A stretch of DNA of 64,000 nucleotides from an uncultured Gammaproteobacteria bacterium (GTDB lineage: Bacteria > Patescibacteriota > Microgenomatia > Levybacterales > GWA1-39-11). The notes beneath the pieces were generated by a model that saw only the letters and a list, made by a program, of their open reading frames with translations, had not been told where the DNA came from and did no database searches. Location: NCBI GenBank assembly GCA_964651815.1, contig CAZYWG010000003.1, positions 52,531 through 116,530 on the forward strand, read 5' to 3'. Both the position numbers and the translations under genes were made by a program. This document shows positions 40,263-49,590 of this stretch, piece by piece (the first letter of the stretch is position 1; every line of letters starts with the position of its first letter).

Positions 40263-40433
40263 TTATACTACTTTCTTTCCTTTGTAATATCCACACGCAG
40301 GGCAAACGGTATGCGGTGCGACCGCGGACCCGCAATTGCGGCAAACTGTAACTGTTGGCATTGCGAGAGAAATTGCAGCACGGCGCTTTCCCTGACGGGC
40401 GCGAGAATGTCTTTTTTTAGGTTCGTGTGGCAT
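40263..40433 (-). CDS. rpmF: 50S ribosomal protein L32
   Basis: Not in the ORF track (56 aa). Manual translation of the minus strand gives MPHEPKKRHSRARQGKRRAAISLAMPTVTVCRNCGSAVAPHTVCPACGYYKGKKVV: basic N-terminus plus CxxC...CxxC zinc ribbon typical of L32. Confidence 0.7.
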   Translation of the reverse strand: MPHEPKKRHSRARQGKRRAAISLAMPTVTVCRNCGSAVAPHTVCPACGYYKGKKVV

Positions 40434-40447
40434 GGTTAAATGTTAAA

Positions 40448-40550
40448 AATACTACCAATGCCACAAATACTATAAATTTTTAAATGATGAAAAATCGAAA
40501 TCATTTAACTATTTGATATTGGTAGTATTGGTACTGTATTGGTAGTATTA
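40448..40550. repeat. inverted repeat AATACTACCAAT ... ATTGGTAGTATT plus tandem GGTAGTATT / GGTACTGTATT / GGTAGTATTA units upstream of rpmF
   Basis: Read directly: 40448-40463 aaatactaccaatgcc is the reverse complement of attggtagtatt inside 40515-40550 atattggtagtattggtactgtattggtagtatta. Confidence 0.5.
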
Positions 40551-40582
40551 TATCTGATTTTGCCTCAAATCGCAATATTTAC

Positions 40583-42625
40583 CTAGTCTTTTGCTATTTT
40601 GGGTGTGTCGGTTTGTTCTACTCTTTCAATTAATTCCGGATAATCTTTAAGATTTGGAAAGATCTTATCAGCTGCATTTTTTGATTTTTGTATTATTTCA
40701 ACATCGGAAAGATTAGCAATTTTTAGATCTGGAATTCCGTGCTGCATAGTCCCAAACATTTCACCGGGTCCTCTGAGCTTGAGATCAATCTCCGCAAGCT
40801 CCGCACCGTTGGTAATAGTTTGTAGAAAACCTAATCTTTCGCGAATCTTATCACTTTTTGAATCGGTAAAAAGTAAACAATATGATTCTTTCTCACCCCG
40901 CCCTACGCGTCCTCGTAATTGATGGAGTTGTGCAAGGCCAAACCTTTCTGAAGCTTCAATTAAAATTATGTCAGCACTCGGAATATCAATTCCCACTTCA
41001 ATAACAGGCGTTGCCACCAAAATATTAATTTCCCCGCTTCTGAATTTTTTAATAACATCGTCTTTTTCCTTTCCCTTCATTTTTCCGTGTAAAAGTCCGA
41101 GATTAAATTTAGGAAAAATGTCCTGTCTTAGCCGCTCAAACTCTTCTTTCACAGCTTTGACAGTTGACAATGTTTCAGAGGGTTCTATAAACGGGCAGAC
41201 AATAAATACTTGGCTATTTTCCGTCTTAATCTTTTTAGTAATCCATTCGTACCCACTCTCTCTTTTTTCTTCCGGAACGAGCCATGTTTTAATTTTTTTC
41301 CTACCTGCTGGAAGCTCGTTTAAATAAGACAATGCAAGATCTGCATATATAGTCAAAAATATTGTTCTTGGGATGGGGGTTGCCGTCATTGTTAATAAAT
41401 GCGGATTCAGTGTTGCGCTTTTCTCTTTAAGAATTGCGCGCTGCTCTACGCCAAACCGTTGTTGCTCATCAATTACAATTAGTCCGAGTTTTTTGAATTC
41501 TGCCCTTCCGTGGAGAAGTGCATGAGTTCCAATAGCAACATCGAATTGTTTATCGTTTACGGTTGATAACTTATGGCTTTTAGTCGAGCCGGTGAATAAT
41601 TCCACTTTTACGCCAAGTGGCTCGAGTAGCTTAGAGACAGTAGCAAAGTGTTGATTTGCCAAAATTTCAGTTGGTGCCATGAGAGCCGTTTGAAAACCGT
41701 TTAAAAAAGCAGAATAAATAGCAATTGCAGCAACAATTGTTTTTCCGGATCCAACATCTCCTTCTAGTAGCCTATTCATTGGAATTTGAAGCTTCAAATC
41801 TTTGAATACGTCCTCAATTGCTCTTTTTTGAGAATCGGTTAGCTCGAAAGGCAAATTTTTTATAAGTTTTGCGATTTTGTGTTTGTGCTTTTCAATTTCA
41901 AAACTAATTGCTTTTTGTTTTTTCTCCCATTCCTCACGTCTAATGGTACTCGCCAAGTGTTTGAGAAAAAGTTCATCAAAAGAGAGCCTTTTTCTGGCTT
42001 CTTCTGCTTGGGCAAGACCTTCCGGGAAGTGAATTTTATGTAGTGCGTTTGATAAAGCGAGTAAACTATTTTCTGTAATTACGCTTTTTGGAAGATAGTC
42101 ACTAATTTCAAACGGAAGATCAAGAACGGTTTTGATTCTTCCCCTAATCCATTTTGAGGAAAGGCCTGCGGTTTCAGAATAAATAGGTACAAAGCCGGTA
42201 GTGTGAATTGCCGCCGCGTCTTCAGTCTTTAAAACTTCATAACTCCTGACAGATAATGTCCTTTTACTTCCAAATAAATCCACTCGCCCAGCGGCTGACA
42301 GAAAATCTCCCTCATGAACATTCTTTAAAATAAATCTTTGGTTGAAAAAAACGCAATCAATTTTTCCGGTCTCGTCATTTACGGTCACTCTTTGGATGGT
42401 TAGTCCGCGTTTAGTAAAATTATTCGTAACCTTTGTTACTTTGCCTTGAATTGTTACTATTTCCCCGGCTTGAGTTATTCCGATTTTTGAAACCAGAGTT
42501 TTTTCGTATCTAAAGGGCGTATATAACAGCAAATCTTCTACAGTTAAAAGACCAATCTTTGATAGAATTTTTCCTTTCATGCGGAACACCGGACCGAGTG
42601 TTACCAGCGGAGTTTTTAAATCCAT
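40583..42625 (-). CDS. recG: ATP-dependent DNA helicase RecG
   Basis: 680 aa; N-terminal wedge/OB domain, helicase motif I GDVGSGKT, DEQQRFG (DExH), and a C-terminus typical of RecG. Confidence 0.9.
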   Translation of the reverse strand: MDLKTPLVTLGPVFRMKGKILSKIGLLTVEDLLLYTPFRYEKTLVSKIGITQAGEIVTIQGKVTKVTNNFTKRGLTIQRVTVNDETGKIDCVFFNQRFILKNVHEGDFLSAAGRVDLFGSKRTLSVRSYEVLKTEDAAAIHTTGFVPIYSETAGLSSKWIRGRIKTVLDLPFEISDYLPKSVITENSLLALSNALHKIHFPEGLAQAEEARKRLSFDELFLKHLASTIRREEWEKKQKAISFEIEKHKHKIAKLIKNLPFELTDSQKRAIEDVFKDLKLQIPMNRLLEGDVGSGKTIVAAIAIYSAFLNGFQTALMAPTEILANQHFATVSKLLEPLGVKVELFTGSTKSHKLSTVNDKQFDVAIGTHALLHGRAEFKKLGLIVIDEQQRFGVEQRAILKEKSATLNPHLLTMTATPIPRTIFLTIYADLALSYLNELPAGRKKIKTWLVPEEKRESGYEWITKKIKTENSQVFIVCPFIEPSETLSTVKAVKEEFERLRQDIFPKFNLGLLHGKMKGKEKDDVIKKFRSGEINILVATPVIEVGIDIPSADIILIEASERFGLAQLHQLRGRVGRGEKESYCLLFTDSKSDKIRERLGFLQTITNGAELAEIDLKLRGPGEMFGTMQHGIPDLKIANLSDVEIIQKSKNAADKIFPNLKDYPELIERVEQTDTPKIAKD

Positions 42626-42746
42626 AGGTCATATTATAAAGAAGTTAGGAAAGGAATGAGCGCTGAAATTAGAATTGCAATACAGGCAATTGCCAAAATT
42701 ACTTTAAACATCCATTTATTGCGTCTAATTGTTTCCATATTTTTTA

Positions 42747-44060
42747 TTATACAATATTTTGCCTAATCCTTTCGACGTCGCGCCAGCCTATATCTGTTCT
42801 GAAATGTAAATTGTTTCCTTCAATGTATAATAATGAGAGCGCTTCATATGCTTTTTGGCGAGCTTCAATTACATTTTTTCCTTCTGCAACAACATGAAAA
42901 AGCCTTCCTGATGAAACAAAGTAGCGGTTTTTTTCTTCTGTGACCCTGGTACCAAAAAACATTACGCCAGGAAGTTTTAATAGATCATTTACTCCAAAAA
43001 GTTCTCGCTTTTTGCTTTCTGCCCCAGAGCGGAGTGAGCCTGTAACCACAATTCTTGCTTTTCCGTCGAGTGTGATCTTTTCTTTTGTTAACATTTGATT
43101 TGCCGCAGCGAGTGAAAGTTGATATAAATCATTTTTAATTCCCGGGACTAATACTTCCGCTTCAGGATCTCCCCATCTGGCATTGAATTCAATAACATAA
43201 ACTTTTTCTTCAACAACTATTGCTCCTAAATATAAAATCCCGCTGTATGGGCGGTTTTCTTTTGCCAGGCCTATCACCGTTTTTTTTATAATATCTTCAG
43301 CCTGATTGTATATGGACTTATTTACAATTAGTGCAGGGGTACTACAGCCAATTCCGCCGGTATTGGGGCCTAAGTCTCCATCAAATAATCTTTTGTGGTC
43401 CTGCGCACTTCCAATAATCTGAAAAGTTTTGCCGTCCGCTAGCGCGAACATTGAAAATTCTTCTCCAATAAGCCATTCTTCTATAACAAATGTTTTACCC
43501 GCTTCACCAAATTTTGACATTTGATCAATCGCGGCAAATGCCTCCGCCTTTGTCTCGGCCGGGAGTGCTCCTTTTCCTTCCGCAAGGCCAGATGCTTTCA
43601 CAAAAAATTTCTTTCCAGGATTTTTATTTATAAATTCAACTGCTCTCTTTCTGGAATCAAACACTTTGTATAAAGGTGAGGGAATTCCGTACTTTTTCAT
43701 AAAGTCACGGGCCCATGCTTTGTCCCATTCAATTTGTCCCGCTGCGCGAGTTGGCCCAATCACTTTAAATCCCTGTTCGATAAGTCTGTCAACAAGTCCT
43801 GCCTCAACGGCGTTATCCTGAGCAACATCAATTAAATCTACTTCAAACTTTTTACAAATTGCAAGAATTTCAGGGATACTCGTGGTTTTTAGCTCGGGGA
43901 AAATTTTGACAAGCTTCTTGGAATTTAGGGCCATCAAATCGTTGCCTGGTATGGCAATTATCTGCCCCACTAGATTACTCTCTGAATATTTTTGTATAAG
44001 GACGGCTCCACGTCCGCCTGAATCTATTACAACAACGGTTTTCTTGTTAAGACCTGCCAT
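42747..44060 (-). CDS. purD: phosphoribosylamine--glycine ligase
   Basis: 437 aa; ATP-grasp with GARS signature HKRLFDGDLGPNTGGIG. Confidence 0.9.
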   Translation of the reverse strand: MAGLNKKTVVVIDSGGRGAVLIQKYSESNLVGQIIAIPGNDLMALNSKKLVKIFPELKTTSIPEILAICKKFEVDLIDVAQDNAVEAGLVDRLIEQGFKVIGPTRAAGQIEWDKAWARDFMKKYGIPSPLYKVFDSRKRAVEFINKNPGKKFFVKASGLAEGKGALPAETKAEAFAAIDQMSKFGEAGKTFVIEEWLIGEEFSMFALADGKTFQIIGSAQDHKRLFDGDLGPNTGGIGCSTPALIVNKSIYNQAEDIIKKTVIGLAKENRPYSGILYLGAIVVEEKVYVIEFNARWGDPEAEVLVPGIKNDLYQLSLAAANQMLTKEKITLDGKARIVVTGSLRSGAESKKRELFGVNDLLKLPGVMFFGTRVTEEKNRYFVSSGRLFHVVAEGKNVIEARQKAYEALSLLYIEGNNLHFRTDIGWRDVERIRQNIV

Positions 44061-45291
44061 CTGAAATTTTTATTCTTATAAAATTCCTTTTTCCAGCTTT
44101 TATTATCATATTGTCTTCAGGGATTATTTCTTGATTTGACGTACCTACGAGTTCGTCATTAACTAGCACTCCGCCCTGTTCAACCAGCCTTTTTGCTTCC
44201 GATTTACTTTCTGCCAAATTTAATTTCACGAGTAAATCGGAGATAGGAATATGATCGGCAGCACTTAATTCCGCTGTTGGAATATCCTCAGGCATTTCTT
44301 TTTTCTGGACCGTTTTCTCAAAAAAATCTTGAGCTTCTTCAGCAGTCTTGTTGTCGTAGAGTTCGGTAACAACAGTAAGAGCCAAATCTTTCTTAATGTT
44401 TATTGGATTTTCTTTATTTTTTAATTTCTCATCGAACTCGTCAATTTTTTCGAGTGGCAAATTGGTTGCAAGCGTGAAATACTGAATAATTAATCCATCA
44501 TCAACGGACATTATTTTCCCAAACATATCATTCGGTACATCATCAAGCCAGATTGCATTTCCCCATGATTTGCTCATCTTACGGCCATCAGTCCCCATAA
44601 GGAATTCAGTTGCAAGTACAAACGACTCTTTATCCCGCATTAGCTTTTGTAGAGTTCGTCCTGCCTGCATATTAAATGTTTGGTCTGTTCCACCAATTTG
44701 TAAATCCGTATCGAGGTAGTAACTATCGTATCCTTGCATAACCGGATAAAGAACTTCATGAAGTCCAATTCTTCCACCACCGGACAATCTTTTTTTAATA
44801 AGCTCGCGGCTTATAAAATCTCCAACAGAAAACTTTTGTGTCAGTTTTACAACATCTTCAAATCCGAGTTTTGACAGCCACTCGCTATTGTGTACAACTT
44901 TTATTTTTGAGAAATCTAAAACTTTTTCCGCCTGTTTTTTATAAGTTTTAAAATTTTCCTCGATTTGTTGGTTTGTTAAAATAGGGCGCTCAGAATCTTT
45001 ATCGGAAGTGTCTCCTATTAAAGCAGTAAAATCCCCAATCAAAAATGTAACATTGTGACCAAGATCTGAAAGTTTTTGCAAGATTCTTAACGGAACCGCA
45101 TGTCCCAGGTGTATTTTTGTAGCCGTTGGGTCAATGCCAAGATAGATGTTTAATTTTCTTTCAGAAAGTGCATTTTTAAGTTCTTCTTTTCCGGGAATTA
45201 TATTTGCAACTCCTCTTGTTAAAATTTCCTCTATATCATTCATAGAGCTATTATACGTATTTTGAACTGAAATTGTAAACCCCGTTTTCAA
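44047..45291 (-). CDS. tyrS: tyrosine--tRNA ligase
   Basis: 414 aa; class I HIGH (KIHLGH) and KMSKS motifs, C-terminal S4 domain; 14-bp overlap with purD. Confidence 0.9.
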   Translation of the reverse strand: MKTGFTISVQNTYNSSMNDIEEILTRGVANIIPGKEELKNALSERKLNIYLGIDPTATKIHLGHAVPLRILQKLSDLGHNVTFLIGDFTALIGDTSDKDSERPILTNQQIEENFKTYKKQAEKVLDFSKIKVVHNSEWLSKLGFEDVVKLTQKFSVGDFISRELIKKRLSGGGRIGLHEVLYPVMQGYDSYYLDTDLQIGGTDQTFNMQAGRTLQKLMRDKESFVLATEFLMGTDGRKMSKSWGNAIWLDDVPNDMFGKIMSVDDGLIIQYFTLATNLPLEKIDEFDEKLKNKENPINIKKDLALTVVTELYDNKTAEEAQDFFEKTVQKKEMPEDIPTAELSAADHIPISDLLVKLNLAESKSEAKRLVEQGGVLVNDELVGTSNQEIIPEDNMIIKAGKRNFIRIKISDGRS

Positions 45292-45331
45292 AGACTAGCG
45301 TCTTGCGGGGTGAAGCTGATATAATGTTTTT

Positions 45332-47734
45332 ATGCTCAAGTATTCTTCGAGATATTCTTCTCGTCTGAACAGAGTTAGGCGCACCCGCTCGCTCACTAAT
45401 GTTTTGGTTCTTTCAAAATTAGCCAGATGGGCTTTCTTTGGACTAATAGGCGTCATTGTGATCTTCTTTATTTATTTTCTTTGGGTTTCGCGCGACCTTC
45501 CAACGCCAGGTAGACTTGCCAACGGGAATATAAAAGATTCAACAAAAATTCTGGATAAGAATGGTGTTATTCTCTACTCTATTTATAAAGACTACAATAG
45601 GATTTATGTCCCGGTTGCGGAGATCCCAAAATATTTACAAACCGCAACAATTTCAACTGAAGACAGGACTTTTTACACTAATCAAGGGTTTTCAGTGACT
45701 GGGCTTTTAAGAGGTGTAATTTTAGATCCAATTTTACGTAGCCGCGCTTCGGGAGGTTCAACAATAACACAACAGCTTGTCAAAAATACTCTCTTGACGC
45801 CGGAGCGCAGCGTCACAAGAAAAGTAAAAGAGTTGATTTTAGCGATTGAAGTGGATAAGAAATTTTCCAAAACCCAGATTCTAGAAATGTATTTAAATAA
45901 CGCGCCTTACGGGGGAACGGCAGTTGGTGTTGAAGCCGCGTCAAACCTGTATTTTGGAAAACATGCAAAAGAACTTGATCTTGCACAGTGTGCATTTCTT
46001 GCAGGACTTCCGCAGCTGCCATCAGTTTATTCTCCTTATGCAGGGCATGGCAAAGCATACATTGCACGCACTCAACAAGTACTTGACGCTATGCATAGGG
46101 ATGGAGCTATTTCAAGCGACCAAGAAAAAAATTCCATGAAAGAAGTAAACGCGTTTGTATTTATGCAAGATCCCGGAAATCTTAAAGCGCCTCACTTTGT
46201 GCAATATGTTAGGGATCAACTTGTAAAACTTTACGGTGACGCGGTTGTTGAGAGCGGTAATTTAACTGTCCAGACAACTCTTGATTACAGCATAGAAAAG
46301 CAAGCTGAGGATATTGTAAATCGCGAAGTCGCGGGGCTTAAAACGTATAACGTTGGAAACGGCGCTGCCATTATTATGGACCCAAAAACAGGCGCAATTT
46401 TGGGTATGGTAGGAAGTCACGATTACTTTGACACAAAAAATGAAGGAAATTTTAATGCTGCTACCGCGCTTCGTCAGCCCGGTTCTTCTTTAAAACCTGT
46501 CATGTATGCAACGGCTTTCCAAAAAGGTTACACGCCGGCAACTTTAATTATGGATGTGGCAACCAGTTTTCCGAGTAATGTCCCGGGGCAATCGGATTAT
46601 ACGCCGGTTAATTATGATGGGAAATTCCGCGGTCCAGTACAGTTACGTTTTGCGCTTGGCAATTCCTTAAATATTCCGGCCGTCAAAATGCTTGCAAATG
46701 TTGGAATTAAGCCGGTCATGCAGCAAGCGTATAACATGGGGATTGAGAATTGGAAGCCTACTACATCAAATCTTGCGAGTGTAGGTTTGTCGCTTGTTTT
46801 GGGAGGACGCGAAACAACTCTTGTTCAAGAAGCTACGGCGTATTCTGTTTTTGCGGACCAAGGTGTAAAGCATGACCCGTTTGCCATTGTTTCTGTAAAA
46901 GATGCAAACGGCAAAACAATTTACAAACATGAGGATTCTGCGGGTAACCAAGTTCTGCCGTCAGAAATTGCGTTTTTGATATCACATATTTTGCTTGATG
47001 ATAACGCGCGGTCTGATGCTTTTGGAAAATACTCTCTTCTCAATATTCCCGGCAAAACCGTATCGGTCAAGACAGGTACAACGGATTCAAAACGTGACAA
47101 CTGGGCAATAGGTTACACACCATCTTATGTGGTAGGTGTTTGGGTAGGAAATAATGATAATACTCCTATGAATCCAAGGATTGCCTCGGGAATAACAGGT
47201 GCCACACCAATTTGGCATGACATTATGGCGGCAATTCTCAAAGGCAAAAAAGCCGAGCAACCCGCAGTCCCCGGTGGGGTTAGTGCAATCCAAGTGGATG
47301 CTTTTTCAGGCGGAATTGCGCATAACGGGCAATCTACAAGAACGGAATACTTTATGAAAGGGACAGAACCAACGGCTGTCTCACCTATTTATGCACAAGT
47401 TAAAATTTCAAACCACCAAGATGGAAAACTTGCAAATGGGGACGAAATTTCTCATGGGGATTACCACGCAAAAGAATACGTTATATTTATGGAAAAAGAT
47501 CCGGTGTCAACAGACGGGAAAAATCGCTGGCAGGATGGGATAAATGCGTGGGTTGATAAAAATCATAAAGATGATGTGCTCTACCACCCGCCAACCGACA
47601 CGTCCGATTACAAATATGACTCGAACCAAAATAATAATTCTAATAATAATTCACCAACGGATACGCCAACGCCTACTCCACCCGGTAATCCAACGCCGAC
47701 GAGTGTTGTTCCATCAATTCAGATAACCCCATAG
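45332..47734 (+). CDS. class A penicillin-binding protein (bifunctional glycosyltransferase/transpeptidase, PBP1A-like)
   Basis: 800 aa; N-terminal TM, GT51 motifs (EDRTFYTNQGFS, GGSTITQQLVKN), transpeptidase SxxK (PGSSLKP) and KTGT; C-terminal N/S/T/P-rich low-complexity tail. Confidence 0.9.
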   Translation: MLKYSSRYSSRLNRVRRTRSLTNVLVLSKLARWAFFGLIGVIVIFFIYFLWVSRDLPTPGRLANGNIKDSTKILDKNGVILYSIYKDYNRIYVPVAEIPKYLQTATISTEDRTFYTNQGFSVTGLLRGVILDPILRSRASGGSTITQQLVKNTLLTPERSVTRKVKELILAIEVDKKFSKTQILEMYLNNAPYGGTAVGVEAASNLYFGKHAKELDLAQCAFLAGLPQLPSVYSPYAGHGKAYIARTQQVLDAMHRDGAISSDQEKNSMKEVNAFVFMQDPGNLKAPHFVQYVRDQLVKLYGDAVVESGNLTVQTTLDYSIEKQAEDIVNREVAGLKTYNVGNGAAIIMDPKTGAILGMVGSHDYFDTKNEGNFNAATALRQPGSSLKPVMYATAFQKGYTPATLIMDVATSFPSNVPGQSDYTPVNYDGKFRGPVQLRFALGNSLNIPAVKMLANVGIKPVMQQAYNMGIENWKPTTSNLASVGLSLVLGGRETTLVQEATAYSVFADQGVKHDPFAIVSVKDANGKTIYKHEDSAGNQVLPSEIAFLISHILLDDNARSDAFGKYSLLNIPGKTVSVKTGTTDSKRDNWAIGYTPSYVVGVWVGNNDNTPMNPRIASGITGATPIWHDIMAAILKGKKAEQPAVPGGVSAIQVDAFSGGIAHNGQSTRTEYFMKGTEPTAVSPIYAQVKISNHQDGKLANGDEISHGDYHAKEYVIFMEKDPVSTDGKNRWQDGINAWVDKNHKDDVLYHPPTDTSDYKYDSNQNNNSNNNSPTDTPTPTPPGNPTPTSVVPSIQITP

Positions 47735-47755
47735 CCGTGATATAATTTTACGAAT

Positions 47756-48412
47756 ATGAAATTGCTTTTGACATCTTCCGGTATTACTAACATGTCTATT
47801 GAAAATGCGCTGCTTGGACTTCTTGGAAAGCCTTTTAGAAAGTCAAACATTACTTTTGTCCCAACTGCTGCAAATGTTGAAGAGGGGAATAAGAGTTGGC
47901 TAGTGGACGATATGTATAATTTCAAGAAGCTCGAATTTGCCACGTTCGACATAATAGATATTGCGGCCGTTCCAAAAGAAATTTGGCTTCCTAGTTTTAC
48001 AAAAGCAGACATTATTGTTTTTGGAGGTGGGAATACACAATATTTAAGGGATTGGATAGAAAAATCAGGCCTCGAAAAAGAACTTCCGGATCTTCTAAAG
48101 ACAAGAGTATACGTGGGGATCTCTGCAGGCAGCATGGTTACTGCAAAAAAGATATCTCTTTCTTATGCCGATATTTTATATTATGAAAAAACTGGAAAGT
48201 TTCAGGATATAGATGGTCTAGGATTTGTAGATTTTGAAATTAGACCACATTTAAATTCCGATTATTTTGAAAAAGTAAAAATACCCTATCTTGAAGAAAT
48301 TGCCGGAAAAAATAAAAATACTTTCTACGCACTCGACGACAACTCAGCAATAAAAGTCGAAAACGAAAATATCTCAGTCATCTCCGAAGGTGAATGGAAG
48401 AAATTTAATTAA
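47756..48412 (+). CDS. peptidase S51 family (dipeptidase E / cyanophycinase-like)
   Basis: 218 aa; MKLLLTSSG...FVPTA...IIVFGGGNTQYL...GISAGSMV matches the S51 catalytic Ser region. Confidence 0.7.
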   Translation: MKLLLTSSGITNMSIENALLGLLGKPFRKSNITFVPTAANVEEGNKSWLVDDMYNFKKLEFATFDIIDIAAVPKEIWLPSFTKADIIVFGGGNTQYLRDWIEKSGLEKELPDLLKTRVYVGISAGSMVTAKKISLSYADILYYEKTGKFQDIDGLGFVDFEIRPHLNSDYFEKVKIPYLEEIAGKNKNTFYALDDNSAIKVENENISVISEGEWKKFN

Positions 48413-48423
48413 GATTCACAGAT

Positions 48424-49554
48424 TTATCTATAAATCTTAGAACTTCTTATTATTCCGTGGTGGTCAACGTAATCTTTTGTTCTCGCAACCGAATCATGTA
48501 GTGAAACTCTGTGGTTATGCCCCAGAACAGTTTCCGCTTTTTCCGAGCTATACCTATTGCTACTCTTTAAAAAACTTCTTGCGTTTCCTAAAGACTTTAG
48601 TCCAAAGCCTTCAAGCATTCCCATGACTGCATCAACCGCTTTGAGCACCGGTTCTGTAGCATGTGGCGAGAATTTATAAGTTTTTTGATTGAACAATCCT
48701 TTTGCGTATGCGTTAAGTATATTTGCATATGTTGAATTATCGTCCACTGCATTGAATGCTTGTCCAGCGCCCGCCGGATTTTGAGAAGATTCAATTGATA
48801 AATCGATTACATTTTCTATATCAACATAAGGGAAAACAGCATTTGTTACTGCGTATGCAATAAGCGGTTCCGGAATTCTAGCCCGTGTTAGAAAAGGCAA
48901 ATAGGGGGAAAATTTAGACGCTAGTTCTCTTACCGTATCGGATTTTACATTTGTTAGATCAACACCGCTTAAAAAGTTTAAGATCAGGTGCGTGTAAACA
49001 TCTATTTCAGAACCTATAACGTTTACAGGTCTGACTGCAGACGCCTCAAATTTGTTAGACTTGTCAAAGAAAATTTCTTCTTCTTCAACTTTTGTTCTTC
49101 CGTAAGAAGTGGTAGGATTTTTGGGTGAGTCTTCAGTAATAATATCATCGCTTTCTTGTTTTCCGTAGACGCTCACTGAGCTAAGGAAATGGACGTGTTT
49201 TACTCCGTTTATGTTGGCAGCTTCTGCCAAATTTTGGCTTCCTAAAACATGAACTCTTTTATTTGCTTCTTCATCATTTAAAGAAAGATTTCCTGCAACG
49301 TTAAAAACCGTACTCACGTTTTCTGTTACTCGTCTCATTGAGTCTTTATCTGTGAGGTCTCCTTTTACACCTATGACGTTCTTCATTCCGGATAATACAT
49401 TAACGTCGCGGTCTGATCTTGCCATCGCAATAACCGGACCAAATCTAGCAAGCCTTCTGACATAAATCTTTCCCATAGAACCGGTTGCACCTATTATTAG
49501 GGTTTTCCGCCCATTTGGGTCTGGAAGAAAGATTGGAGCCTCAGATCTTGCCAT
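48424..49554 (-). CDS. NAD-dependent epimerase/dehydratase family (extended SDR) protein
   Basis: 376 aa; N-terminal Rossmann LIIGATGSMGKIYVRRL (GxxGxxG). Confidence 0.7.
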   Translation of the reverse strand: MARSEAPIFLPDPNGRKTLIIGATGSMGKIYVRRLARFGPVIAMARSDRDVNVLSGMKNVIGVKGDLTDKDSMRRVTENVSTVFNVAGNLSLNDEEANKRVHVLGSQNLAEAANINGVKHVHFLSSVSVYGKQESDDIITEDSPKNPTTSYGRTKVEEEEIFFDKSNKFEASAVRPVNVIGSEIDVYTHLILNFLSGVDLTNVKSDTVRELASKFSPYLPFLTRARIPEPLIAYAVTNAVFPYVDIENVIDLSIESSQNPAGAGQAFNAVDDNSTYANILNAYAKGLFNQKTYKFSPHATEPVLKAVDAVMGMLEGFGLKSLGNARSFLKSSNRYSSEKAETVLGHNHRVSLHDSVARTKDYVDHHGIIRSSKIYR

Positions 49555-49590
49555 AAATATATTATAGGATAGGCTAGATTTAAATGCAAC

